A stretch of DNA of 64,000 nt from Polyangiales bacterium (GTDB lineage: Bacteria > Myxococcota_A > Polyangia > Polyangiales > Polyangiaceae), in assembly GCA_038230375.1 (NCBI GenBank), contig JBBRNJ010000007.1, positions 104,004-168,003 on the forward strand, in the 5' to 3' direction. The first letter of the stretch is position 1. Every line of letters begins with the position of its first letter. The position numbers were made by a program, and so were the translations under genes. The notes beneath the pieces were generated by a model. It had not been told where the DNA came from. It was given only the letters and a program-made list of their open reading frames with translations, and did no database searches. Shown here piece after piece: positions 48,958 to 58,232 of this stretch.

Positions 48958-49302
48958 ATGACTGCCATGCGCTGTTCGACGTGCGGTGGGGCCCCGGTTG
49001 CGAGCGACCACGAGACGTGTGATGCCTGCGCCGAGCGTGAGCTCGGTCGCCGCGAGAAGCAACGCAGAGAGCAGCTCGCGTGGCTCTACACCTGCGCGCG
49101 TCGTGCTCTGAAGCTCGCGCGGACGTACGGCATGGCGGACGGCAAGGACGGTCTTCGTGCGCGCGGCTGTCTCGCGCAGGTGAAGGTGTACCGGAAGGAC
49201 ATTCGCGGTCTGCGCGACGTCCTGGGCCGCGGCGTCTCCCCCGGCATCACGAAGACGCGTCTCCCGGCAGAAGAGCAGAAGCGCGCGTCGCGGGCTAGCT
49301 GA
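48958..49302 (+). CDS. Small hypothetical protein with N-terminal Zn-finger-like CxxC..CxxC
   Basis: MTAMRCSTCGG...TCDAC followed by a basic helical region; 114 aa. Confidence 0.5.
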   Translation: MTAMRCSTCGGAPVASDHETCDACAERELGRREKQRREQLAWLYTCARRALKLARTYGMADGKDGLRARGCLAQVKVYRKDIRGLRDVLGRGVSPGITKTRLPAEEQKRASRAS

Positions 49303-49343
49303 AGCCCCGCTCGGCCGCAGGCAGCGGCACACCGGCACCGGGA

Positions 49344-49444
49344 CACGGTCCGTGGCCAGCGGCACACGGCATCTTTCGTAAGCATGCTTACAAGAACGCC
49401 GTGCACCGGGGTTTTCCTGCGAAACGGCCACGGCACGGACCGTG
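49344..49444. repeat. Long imperfect inverted repeat centred on perfect palindrome GTAAGCATGCTTAC
   Basis: Core 49378-49391; CACGGC/GCCGTG inner arms; CACGGTCCGTG/CACGGACCGTG outer arms. Confidence 0.75.
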
Positions 49445-49457
49445 AATGGGAGGGGCC

Positions 49458-50501
49458 ATGCTCTCTTCCAAGCTCGCGGTCGGCCTCGTGGGTGTGTTGC
49501 TCTCCTCGTGCGGGAGCGGGGACGTCGGGCAAGGGGAGCCGGGCCTGGACGTGTTGGCGTCCCCGGTCGTTGCGGAGCCAAGCCCCATGCCGACCCCCGC
49601 CGCGCACGGCTGGAACAGGATGGAAGGCGTCGACCTCATCGACGACGGCTACGTTGCGCCCGAGCTGCACAACTCCGAGATTCACTCGCGGCTGGTCGAT
49701 GGCCGATGGGAGCCGATCGCGCAGCCGCCGTCCGCCAATGGTGCCTCCGACGAGCTGCCGTTGACCGGCGGCTCCGCGACCATCGCGCAGATGCAGGACA
49801 CGTTCGCGCCGCCAGCGGTTGGCTCGCTGCCGAGCGGTGAGGTGTTCGTGTTCGGGTTCTTGAGCCAGAAGCTCGGCGTCCTTCACTGGTCCGAGCGCGC
49901 GGGTGAGAGCTTCACGGAGCTGCGCAGTGAGCCGCACTACGCAGACTTCCCGCAGAGCGTGGTCGCGATCTCGCCGGACGACGTGTGGGTCGCTGCGTCC
50001 GCAACGGCCGGCGACTTTGGACCGGATTTTCCAGGCTGCCCGATCATCATCCGGAATGGCCAGAACACGGGCACCGTCGCTCACTTCGATGGTCGCCGCT
50101 GGACTACGCTGCCGTACGAGGCGACGGGGGCGCTGCTGGGTATCTATCCGCGTGAGGCGGGGAAGGTGGAGGTCGTCGCCGGCTCGTTGTTCAATCCGCG
50201 TGCGCGCAGCTCGTACGTGGTGTCGGCCGATGGTGCGTGGGAGAAGGTGCCCGGTCGCATGGCGGATCGCGCGCAGGCGGCCGGCTTCGAGATCGACGGC
50301 AACAAGGTGCTCCGCGTACGCGGCGACGTGCGCGAGGTGGTCTTCACGGGGGCGCCGCCGCTCGAGGAGGGCGGGCCCACCGAGACGCCGATCGCAGTCC
50401 ATGCGCTGCCGAACGGTGAGCTCTGGCTCGAGGTCGCGCTGCTCACCGGCAACGAGACGTTCGGCGTGGCCGAGACGCAGTGGTGGGCGTGGGCAGAGTG
50501 A
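49458..50501 (+). CDS. Hypothetical lipoprotein, beta-propeller-like
   Basis: Lipobox LSSC; SPDDVWV and AHFDGRRW repeats. Confidence 0.6.
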   Translation: MLSSKLAVGLVGVLLSSCGSGDVGQGEPGLDVLASPVVAEPSPMPTPAAHGWNRMEGVDLIDDGYVAPELHNSEIHSRLVDGRWEPIAQPPSANGASDELPLTGGSATIAQMQDTFAPPAVGSLPSGEVFVFGFLSQKLGVLHWSERAGESFTELRSEPHYADFPQSVVAISPDDVWVAASATAGDFGPDFPGCPIIIRNGQNTGTVAHFDGRRWTTLPYEATGALLGIYPREAGKVEVVAGSLFNPRARSSYVVSADGAWEKVPGRMADRAQAAGFEIDGNKVLRVRGDVREVVFTGAPPLEEGGPTETPIAVHALPNGELWLEVALLTGNETFGVAETQWWAWAE

Positions 50502-50522
50502 CGCACGCGAAGCTCGCGGAGC

Positions 50523-52007
50523 TCACTCGGGGTCGAGCGGCAGGTTGAGCGCGATCTTCCGCAGACCGTCGCGGAACGCGCGCATCGTCGGCGGGCGCTT
50601 CGTGGCGTCGGTGGAGAGTGCCTCGGCGACCCACGCGGCGAGCTCCGCATCGATGCCGGGGACGAGCTGCGCGAGCGAGCGCGGTGAGTGCAGCATCTTC
50701 TGCGCGAAGAGCTCCTCGATGGTGTTGCCGTCGTGCGGGAGCGTCCCCGAGAGGCACTCGAACAACGTGACGGCGAGTGAGTAGATGTCCGTGCGAAGGT
50801 CAACGGTCTCACCGCGCGTCTGCTCGGGCGACATGTACGCGGGCGAGCCCATGAGCATGCCGACGGTCGTGAGGTCCTCTTCCTGATCCGGATCGCGCTC
50901 GCGCAGCTTCGCGAGGCCGAAATCGCAGACCTTCACGAGGTCCTTTGGATTGCCGTCGTCGTCGCGCGAGGACACCAGCATCAGGTTCTCGGGCTTCACG
51001 TCACGGTGGATGATGCCGATGTCGTGCGCGAAGGCGATACCGCTCGCCGCCTGGATGATGAGGTCCACGGCGTTCTTGGCCGGCAGCTTTCCAGACGCCG
51101 CGAGCACAGCCTCGAGGCTTCGACCCACGAGCAGCTCCATCACGATGTAGAGGAGGCCGTCCTCTTCGTGGCCGAAGTCCGTGACGCGGGCGACGTTCGG
51201 ATGCTCGAGGCGGCTGGCGGCGCGCGCTTCGCCACGGAATCGCTGCACGAACTGGTTGTCGTTTGCGTGCTGCTGGTGGAGGACCTTGGCCGCGACGGAG
51301 CGACCGAGATCGATATGGTGTGCCTTGTAGACGGCCGCCGTGGCGCCGGTCCCCAGCAGCGCATCCAGGCGGTATTTCTTGCCCAGCATGCGCCCGATCA
51401 TCCGGTCCTCGGGCACGCCGGTGATCTGGCTCACGGGCTCGTCGTCGGAGTCGAACGAGGCCTCTTCGATGATGAGCGAAGGGTCCGTGCCCGCGTCGCC
51501 CATGGATGGTGGAGCGGGGGTCCGACGCATGGGCAGGATGATCATCGCGACGGAGTCGGCCAGATCGTCGGGCCCGGGCGGGACGTAGGAGCCGTGCTCG
51601 GATGCAGTTGAGATGGGCGAGGGGACGTCCGACGTGTCGAACGTGAGGGACTGCATCACGGTGCGATCCGAGCGCGGCGCGAGCCCCGGGCTGCTTGACG
51701 TGGGCGGGAGATCGACGATGCTCGGCACGTCGAGCTTCTCGATCAGCTGGAAGAGCTGCGCCATCTGCGGGCGCGTGACGGGACGCACGGCAAGCGGAAA
51801 GCCCGCGGTGGTCTCTGGCCCTGCGGGCTCTGAGAGCAGCGTGATCGGCTCGTCACCCGGGACGTCGATCTCGAGCAGGTGCTGGCCTGCGATGCGCGGC
51901 TTCTCCACGAGCGGCACGTACGCGGTCTGATGGAGGAGCGCAGTGCGCAGGACGGATGCGACGTCGCGACCCGTGGTCAGCTTTGCGCGTAGACGAGGGA
52001 GGCTCAA
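50523..52007 (-). CDS. Cytoplasmic Ser/Thr protein kinase (Hanks type)
   Basis: LGTGATAAVY, AAKVL, HRDVKPEN, DFG, GSPAYMSPEQ and DIYSL motifs; start uncertain (TTG 52007); no TM segment. Confidence 0.9.
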   Translation of the reverse strand: MSLPRLRAKLTTGRDVASVLRTALLHQTAYVPLVEKPRIAGQHLLEIDVPGDEPITLLSEPAGPETTAGFPLAVRPVTRPQMAQLFQLIEKLDVPSIVDLPPTSSSPGLAPRSDRTVMQSLTFDTSDVPSPISTASEHGSYVPPGPDDLADSVAMIILPMRRTPAPPSMGDAGTDPSLIIEEASFDSDDEPVSQITGVPEDRMIGRMLGKKYRLDALLGTGATAAVYKAHHIDLGRSVAAKVLHQQHANDNQFVQRFRGEARAASRLEHPNVARVTDFGHEEDGLLYIVMELLVGRSLEAVLAASGKLPAKNAVDLIIQAASGIAFAHDIGIIHRDVKPENLMLVSSRDDDGNPKDLVKVCDFGLAKLRERDPDQEEDLTTVGMLMGSPAYMSPEQTRGETVDLRTDIYSLAVTLFECLSGTLPHDGNTIEELFAQKMLHSPRSLAQLVPGIDAELAAWVAEALSTDATKRPPTMRAFRDGLRKIALNLPLDPE

Positions 52008-52014
52008 GGTTCGG

Positions 52015-52932
52015 TCAGGAGCTCGCGGACTTCTTCTTGCCCTCGGCAGAGCGCGGCGAAGCCTTCTTGGGGCCCTTCGCGGCCGGTTTCTCCTCGTCGG
52101 TCGAGGTCGTGGTCGAGGTCGGGGTGGAGGTCGAGGTCGAAGCCGAGGTCGTGGTCGTGTTGGCTGCAGCCGCAACGCTTCGCTTCAGTGCCTCTAGCAG
52201 GTCGACGATCTTCGCCTTCGGCTCCTCGGCCGCCATCGTGATCTCCTTGCCCTCGAGCTTCTTGTCCGCCGCGGTGCGGACGCGCTCCGCATAGAGATCG
52301 CGGTATTTCTCGGGCTCGAACTTCGCGACCTTCAGCTGCCTGATCAGCGTGTCCGCGAGCTCGGTCTCGATCGGCTTGAACTCGAACGAGCCGCCGGTCT
52401 CCACCTCGGAGAAGGCGCGCAATTCTTCTGCGTAGTACGTCTCGTGGAGGATGAGGCCCTTCTGGTACGCGCGCACCAGGACCAGGTTGTCCTTGCCGCG
52501 CGTGGAGAAGCGGCCGACCGCGCAGAGGCCCGAGCGCTCCAGCGATTCTGACAGCAGCCGATAAGCGCGCTCGCCGCCCTTGTCGGGGCCCAGGAAGTAG
52601 GTCTTCTCGATCTGCAGCATGTCCACGGTGTCGAGCGGTGCGAACTCGATCAGGTCGAGAGCGTCCGTCCGCTCCGCCTCCAGCGACTTCAGCTCGTCGT
52701 CGGAGAACCGCACGAAGGTGTCGCGCGCGGCCTCGAAGCCCTTCACCATGTCCTTGCGCTCGACGATCTCGTTGCACGTGGCGCAGTGGTACTGTTGCTT
52801 CATGCGACCCCCGCACTTGTTGTGCAGAAGGTTGAAGCTGACGGACTTCGCCGAGGCGGCCGTGTACAGCTTGATGGGAATCGAGACGAGGCCGAAGCTG
52901 ATGGTGCCCGAGCCAATGGAACGCGCGCTCAT
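52015..52932 (-). CDS. ku: NHEJ DNA end-binding protein Ku
   Basis: SGTISFGLVSIPIKLY; VKGFE; YFLGP; YRLLSESL; VDLLEALKRSV; S/T-rich then basic tail. Confidence 0.95.
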   Translation of the reverse strand: MSARSIGSGTISFGLVSIPIKLYTAASAKSVSFNLLHNKCGGRMKQQYHCATCNEIVERKDMVKGFEAARDTFVRFSDDELKSLEAERTDALDLIEFAPLDTVDMLQIEKTYFLGPDKGGERAYRLLSESLERSGLCAVGRFSTRGKDNLVLVRAYQKGLILHETYYAEELRAFSEVETGGSFEFKPIETELADTLIRQLKVAKFEPEKYRDLYAERVRTAADKKLEGKEITMAAEEPKAKIVDLLEALKRSVAAAANTTTTSASTSTSTPTSTTTSTDEEKPAAKGPKKASPRSAEGKKKSASS

Positions 52933-53007
52933 GCGAAGAAGCGTACCGGAGTCCATCGCGCCGTGAGAAAAACCCGGTCAAAAAAGAGCGTTTCGAGCAC
53001 AGAGAAC

Positions 53008-54045
53008 GTGTCGGATGTTCAGCCGCAGGGCGCGCCTCGTGCCTCGGATGAGGATGTCTATGGCGCCGCAGCCCTGGCGGCGGGCGGGGTTGTCGCCGAG
53101 GTGCTGGCGGCCGGAACCCAGCCAATGCTCTGCGATCGGGCTGCGGTATCGCTCACGCTGCCGGGTCACTTCTATGAGCTCAAGCTGGACGGAGTGCGCA
53201 TCCTGGCCGAGAAGAACGGCAACACGACCGAGCTCTTCTACAGGAGCGGCCGGCGTGCCACGGACAGCTACCCGGAGATCGCTCACGCGGTGTCGGCGCT
53301 CGAGCCCGCGCGGCTCCTCCTGGACGGTGAGATCATCGCGTTTGACGAGCACGGGATCCCGAGCTTCGAGCGGCTCCAGCACCGCATCGCCCCGCACCCG
53401 GGCAAGGCCGCCAATCTGGAACCCGTCGCGTTCGTCGTGTTCGACGTGCTCTCCGTGTGTGGCGTGAGCGTGCTGCGTGTGCCGCTTGCGAAGCGACGCG
53501 AGCTGCTCGAACGCGTCGTGCCCGAGAGCGGCGTGTGCACACGATTCCCGGTGGCCGTCGGCGACGGCAACGCGCTCCTCCAGATGTGCAAGGAGCGTGG
53601 CATGGAGGGGCTGGTCGCGAAGAGCCCGACCTCGACCTATGCGCCGGGCGATCGCGGCCCTGCGTGGGCGAAGATCAAGATCACGCGCGCCGCTGACTTC
53701 GTGGTCGTGGGCTTCACGAAGGGCGAGATGGGCAAGCGTCGCCTGCGCGCGCTGTGCCTCGCGTCCTGGGAGGACGGGCAGCTCCGCTATCGCGGCGACG
53801 TCGGCAGCGGCTTCGACGACGCGGAGCTCTCCGCGTTCGAGGGCGCATTGAAGGAGCTCACCGCCAGCGCTGGCGACGCACCGATCGCGGGCCTCGATCG
53901 CGATCGAAACCGCGTGCTCGTGCGACCCGAGATCATCGTGCGCGTCGAATACCAGAGCGTGCTCAGCGAAGGAGTCCTCCGCTTCCCCGTTTTCAAGGGT
54001 TTGCGCCCGGATCTCGCGATCACGGACTGCGCGCTTGGCGAGTGA
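53008..54045 (+). CDS. ATP-dependent DNA ligase (LigD ligase-domain type, no polymerase/phosphoesterase domain)
   Basis: YELKLDGVR motif I; LLDGEI; FDVL; EGLVAK; WAKIK; VGSGF; LRFPVFKGLRPD; divergent from ku; start uncertain. Confidence 0.9.
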   Translation: MSDVQPQGAPRASDEDVYGAAALAAGGVVAEVLAAGTQPMLCDRAAVSLTLPGHFYELKLDGVRILAEKNGNTTELFYRSGRRATDSYPEIAHAVSALEPARLLLDGEIIAFDEHGIPSFERLQHRIAPHPGKAANLEPVAFVVFDVLSVCGVSVLRVPLAKRRELLERVVPESGVCTRFPVAVGDGNALLQMCKERGMEGLVAKSPTSTYAPGDRGPAWAKIKITRAADFVVVGFTKGEMGKRRLRALCLASWEDGQLRYRGDVGSGFDDAELSAFEGALKELTASAGDAPIAGLDRDRNRVLVRPEIIVRVEYQSVLSEGVLRFPVFKGLRPDLAITDCALGE

Positions 54046-54090
54046 ACGGCACGCGCCGTGCTAGCCTCGTAGGCATCGCAGTCAGACGAG

Positions 54091-54402
54091 ATTGACAGGC
54101 TCGTCCAGAACAGCTGCGGCCTCTCGGACCGGCAGCCCGCCCCCATTCGTCAGCAAACGGGTGTCGGAGCGAGCGGTCTCTCACCGGTCGCGCGCAAGAA
54201 CCCGAAGGTGCTGGGCGCACAGATCCGCGTTGGCGCAGCAACGACGGGTGACGGCACGCCTACGCGGTTGACGATCTTGCCAGCGGGCACCTCGGACGAG
54301 TTGAAGACATGCGTCACCGGCGCGATAGCGCCACTGCCCGCTGGCGACACGAAGAACACGCAGCTGCTCTTCGACGTGCGCATCGACAAGACCCCGAAGT
54401 AG
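54091..54402 (+). pseudogene. Possible gene remnant (C-terminal fragment resembling myxobacterial TonB-C/AgmX-like domains)
   Basis: Open frame after TAG at 54070 with no good start; ARKNPKV..IRV..ELKTCV pattern. Confidence 0.25.
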
Positions 54403-54418
54403 CGAGTAGAACGCGGCC

Positions 54419-55966
54419 ATGTCCGCCGACCAGAAGCAGCCGCAGCAGCAGCAAAAAGGCAAGAGCGCCATCTCCCCCACGCGTAGCGAGGACTACGCGG
54501 AGTGGTACCAGCAGGTCATCAAGGCCGCCGACATGGCGGAGAACTCGCCAGTGCGCGGCTGCATGGTGATCAAGCCTTGGGGCTACGGCATGTGGGAGAA
54601 CATCCAGAAGACGCTCGACGGCATGTTCAAAGACACGGGGCACGTGAACGCGTACTTCCCGCTGTTCATCCCGCTCTCGTTCTTCGAGAAGGAGGCCGAG
54701 CACGTCGAAGGCTTCGCGAAGGAGTGCGCGGTGGTCACGCATCATCGCCTGGAGGCGAAGCCGGGCGGAGGCCTGCAGCCCGCGGGCGAGCTCGACGAGC
54801 CGCTCATTGTGCGCCCGACCAGCGAGACAATCATCGGCGCGATGTTCGCGAAATGGACGCAGAGCTACCGCGATCTCCCGATCCTGATCAATCAGTGGGC
54901 CAACGTCGTTCGGTGGGAAATGCGCACGCGCCTCTTCCTCCGCACCGCGGAGTTCCTCTGGCAGGAGGGCCACACCGCGCACGCGACCGAGGTTGAAGCG
55001 CGCGAGGAGACCATGAAGATGCTCGATGTCTACGCGACGTTCGCGCAGGACACGATGGCAATGCCCGTCATCAAAGGCGAGAAATGCTCGTGGGAGCGCT
55101 TCCCCGGCGCGGTCGACACATACTCGATCGAGGCGATGATGCAGGACCGCAAGGCGCTACAGGCAGGCACGTCGCACTTCCTCGGGCAGAACTTCGCGAA
55201 GTCGTCCGGCATCAAGTACCTATCGAAGGAGGGCAAAGAGGAGCTTGCGTGGACCACGTCGTGGGGTGTCTCCACGCGGCTCATCGGCGCGCTCATCATG
55301 ACCCATGCAGACGACGACGGAATGGTGATCCCGCCGAAGCTCGCACCGAAGCAAGTCGTACTGCTCCCCATCTACCGGAACGACGCGGATCGCGCGCGGG
55401 TGCTCGAGCACTGTCAGGCGCTCGCGAAGGAGCTCAAGGAGCAACGCTACGGCGAGGAGCGCGTGAAGGTTGAGGTCGACGACCGCGACATGCAGGGCGG
55501 TGAGAAGGCCTGGTACCATGTAAAGCGCGGCGTCCCGGTCCGCATCGAGGTCGGCCCGCGCGACATGGACAGCGGGGTGGTCTCCGTCATGCGCCGCGAC
55601 AAGGGCGTGAAGGAGCGCGAGAACATCCCGCGCGGCGAGATCGCCGGACGCATCGTGGGCATCCTGAGCGAGATGCAGCAGGGCCTCTACGATCGCGCGC
55701 TAGCGTTCCAGAAGCAGCACACCAAGGAGCTCGCGAAAAAGGAGGACATCCTCGCGCACTTCACGCCGAAGAACGCGGAAAAGCCGGAAATCCACGGCGG
55801 ATTCGTGCTGGCGCCCTTTGTGGACGACAAGGCCGTTGCAGAGGCGCTGTCCGAGCACAAGGTCACGGTGCGCTGCGTGCCGATCGATCAGGAGCCGCGC
55901 CCTGGCGTCTGCCCCTTCACCGGCAAGGCGACAGACAAGTGGGCCATCTACGCAAAAGCGTACTGA
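54419..55966 (+). CDS. proS: Proline--tRNA ligase, archaeal/eukaryotic type
   Basis: YFPLFIP, RPTSET, NQWANVVRWE, FLRTAEFLWQEGHT, QAGTSHFLGQNF, TSWGVSTR and EVGPRD motifs; ends YAKAY; no INS editing domain. Confidence 0.96.
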   Translation: MSADQKQPQQQQKGKSAISPTRSEDYAEWYQQVIKAADMAENSPVRGCMVIKPWGYGMWENIQKTLDGMFKDTGHVNAYFPLFIPLSFFEKEAEHVEGFAKECAVVTHHRLEAKPGGGLQPAGELDEPLIVRPTSETIIGAMFAKWTQSYRDLPILINQWANVVRWEMRTRLFLRTAEFLWQEGHTAHATEVEAREETMKMLDVYATFAQDTMAMPVIKGEKCSWERFPGAVDTYSIEAMMQDRKALQAGTSHFLGQNFAKSSGIKYLSKEGKEELAWTTSWGVSTRLIGALIMTHADDDGMVIPPKLAPKQVVLLPIYRNDADRARVLEHCQALAKELKEQRYGEERVKVEVDDRDMQGGEKAWYHVKRGVPVRIEVGPRDMDSGVVSVMRRDKGVKERENIPRGEIAGRIVGILSEMQQGLYDRALAFQKQHTKELAKKEDILAHFTPKNAEKPEIHGGFVLAPFVDDKAVAEALSEHKVTVRCVPIDQEPRPGVCPFTGKATDKWAIYAKAY

Positions 55967-56051
55967 CCGCGGTCAACCACCAAGCGTCCGCGGCCACCCA
56001 AATTCGAGAGCCCAGCTCCAAGCAGGCCCCGTCAGCCCCCGCACCCCAAGT

Positions 56052-56085
56052 CCGCCATCTTGTAAGCACGCTGACGGGAAGGCGG
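56052..56085. promoter_or_regulatory. Palindromic operator/hairpin upstream of the MarR-like gene
   Basis: CCGCC-ATCTTGTAAGCACGCTGACGGGAA-GGCGG; 17 of 19 bases match the reverse complement of 49377-49395. Confidence 0.5.
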
Positions 56086-56164
56086 TTTGCGTGGGGGCGG
56101 TGTGGGGAAGGGCCTCCGGCGGCGGGGACGATCGCGTGGGCACGGGTTGTGCTCGACGGCCCGC

Positions 56165-56701
56165 ATGCACATTGTTGCTTTCAGCCTCAAGCGCGCCCAT
56201 CTGCGCACCACTGCGATTTCTCTGCGATGCGTTCGGCGATTTGGGATCACGCCGGCCCGCTACGACATGCTGTACGCGATCGCGAGGGGCGACGCTCGTT
56301 GGCAGCGCGATCTGTGGCGGATTTTCGACGTCTCGCGCGCCACCGTCTCGCGGATGCTCATTGCGCTGGAGAAGCTCGGCATGGTACGCCGCACCCGCAT
56401 CGCCGGCCACGCCTCGCGCTTCCTCGACCTGACCAGGACGGGGGAGCGGGTGATCGCGGATGCTATCGAAGGTTGCCAGCGGCCGATGTGCCTGCTCTTC
56501 GAGTCATTCTTTCGCAGCGACTGCCGGCGTCGGCTCGACCGCGCGTGGGAGGTGATCCAGATCGACGACCAGATCCAGTGGATCGCCGCGGAGTTCGGTG
56601 ATCGATCTCGCTTCTTCTACCCGTGCAGCCATCCAGAAGACATCGGTGGCCACTGCGAGGCGCAGGGGGACGCGGCCGGCATGGTCATTTCGGCAGCGTG
56701 A
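56165..56701 (+). CDS. MarR-family winged-helix regulator
   Basis: FGITPARYDML; QRDLWRIFDVSRATVSRMLIALEKLGMVRR; LTRTG. Confidence 0.75.
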   Translation: MHIVAFSLKRAHLRTTAISLRCVRRFGITPARYDMLYAIARGDARWQRDLWRIFDVSRATVSRMLIALEKLGMVRRTRIAGHASRFLDLTRTGERVIADAIEGCQRPMCLLFESFFRSDCRRRLDRAWEVIQIDDQIQWIAAEFGDRSRFFYPCSHPEDIGGHCEAQGDAAGMVISAA

Positions 56702-57581
56702 AGCTTGCGGCGAAGATCGCTTGGGCGCCGTTCGTGAGCCCGGTCAGGCCTGGCAGACACATCAAGTAGGCGAGCTGGATCTTCTTCGGATCGTTCGCTT
56801 GCAGATAGAGGATGCCTTCGCACACACTCGCGTCTTCGGGGTTCCACATCATGGAGTGGAGCTCCTGCCAGCCCGTGGTCGAGCACGCCGCGCAGTCGAC
56901 GACGTTGTACGGGTAGAGCGCATACGGCTTGCCTGCCAGCGTCACGCTGCCGGGGTTCACGCCGTCGTACGAAAGCTGGGCGCCGGTGATCGTGTAGCCC
57001 GGCAAGAGCTTCGGCGGTGGGAACGCGAACGCGGGGAGCATCACGTTCTCCGCGGTGCTCTTCATCGCGATGTCGCACGTGCCGGTCGCGGCTTGCTCCA
57101 TCGTGGAGTCGGGACCCGTGGTGCTCTCGTAGTACACGTACGCGAGCTGGCCCTGCGCGCACGTGACCCACACGTTGATGACGCTGTCCGCGGTGACGCC
57201 GATGACCTGGTAGTCGACCTCGGTCGCGAACGTGCCGGCGTCGCCGGTGCCCGTCGGGACGGGCGTGTGCGTGTACACGAATGCGGCGGCCGTCTTGCCG
57301 CCCATCATGATGGTGCCGACGCCGTGCGTGAGCGAGATCGCTCCGAGCTCGCCCGTGCCCTTGCCCTTCATCGTCACGTCCTGGTCCACGGTCCACGTGC
57401 CCGAGGACGCGGCAACGTTGAACGGCTGCCCCGCGCCTCCGCCCTCCGCCGATGATGCGTCGAGTCCGTCGCCCGCGCCGCCGTCCGTGCTTGCGGCAGG
57501 CTCAGCGGCTGTCGAGCATGCGAACGCTAGATAACCCGTCGCGAGCGCGAGAGCAGCTACGGCGAGCTTCGAGGAAGTCAT
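56685..57581 (-). CDS. Hypothetical lipoprotein
   Basis: Lipobox AFAC; DGG linker; beta-rich body with CAAC and WQELHS. Confidence 0.65.
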   Translation of the reverse strand: MTSSKLAVAALALATGYLAFACSTAAEPAASTDGGAGDGLDASSAEGGGAGQPFNVAASSGTWTVDQDVTMKGKGTGELGAISLTHGVGTIMMGGKTAAAFVYTHTPVPTGTGDAGTFATEVDYQVIGVTADSVINVWVTCAQGQLAYVYYESTTGPDSTMEQAATGTCDIAMKSTAENVMLPAFAFPPPKLLPGYTITGAQLSYDGVNPGSVTLAGKPYALYPYNVVDCAACSTTGWQELHSMMWNPEDASVCEGILYLQANDPKKIQLAYLMCLPGLTGLTNGAQAIFAASFTLPK

Positions 57582-57635
57582 GGCGGCACCACATACCACG
57601 TGGGCGGCTGCGCACCAGCAGGGTCAGCCGTCCCC

Positions 57636-58232
57636 TCAGTGCACCACGGTGCCCTGCGGCGGTGACGCTGTACCGGGCGCGGTGGGCGTGGCTGGCGCGA
57701 CTGGCGGAATAGCCACCGTTGGTGGCGGAGCAGCACCGGCCGGCGCCACGGCGGCTGCGGGTAGGGGCTCTTGGATCGGAAGGGGCGTCGTGAACTGCAC
57801 GACCTCACCGGTGACGGTCACGTAGCGATCCTTCGTCTGGACGCTGCCGTTACTTTTGAAGGTGTTGTAGATGGCCTGCGCCTTCTCCGCGTCGTTCTGG
57901 GGATTCTCGTCCTCGAACTCGATGTGGATGACGCCGGTGCCGCCCATCTTCGTGGCCTCCGTCGCGAGCGTGCCGCGGATGGTTCCGTTGAGCTGCGCAT
58001 CGCCGACCTCCGTCAGCCCCGCGATCGCAACGCCGTAGCCACGGATCTGCACGAAGCCGAGCGTCTTGTACTTTGCAGGGGGATCGCCCGTGGTGAGGAA
58101 CACGCCGTGGTTGTCGTGCGGGACGCTGGAGAGCGGACCACCGCGGACGATCGCGTTGCAGCCTCCGCCGATGAGCAGCAGCGCGGCCGAGAGGAGCATC
58201 AGATTGATGGGTGCAGTATGCATGGATCTCAT
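57636..58232 (-). CDS. YbjQ/RcsF-like lipoprotein C with Pro/Ala-rich tail
   Basis: GGGC lipobox; VFLTTGDPPAKYKTLGFV..EATKMGGTGVI..VTGEVV. Confidence 0.65.
   Translation of the reverse strand: MRSMHTAPINLMLLSAALLLIGGGCNAIVRGGPLSSVPHDNHGVFLTTGDPPAKYKTLGFVQIRGYGVAIAGLTEVGDAQLNGTIRGTLATEATKMGGTGVIHIEFEDENPQNDAEKAQAIYNTFKSNGSVQTKDRYVTVTGEVVQFTTPLPIQEPLPAAAVAPAGAAPPPTVAIPPVAPATPTAPGTASPPQGTVVH

Noticed and set aside
52004..52175. RPRPRP-rich N-terminus of the kinase as given in the ORF track
   Set aside because: Alternative-frame reading of the Ku tail repeat; the real start is probably at or after 52007
55964..55975. Palindrome TGACCGCGGTCA at the proS stop as another TGACC/GGTCA operator
   Set aside because: Spacer is 2 bp rather than 5-6, and it overlaps the stop codon; probably chance
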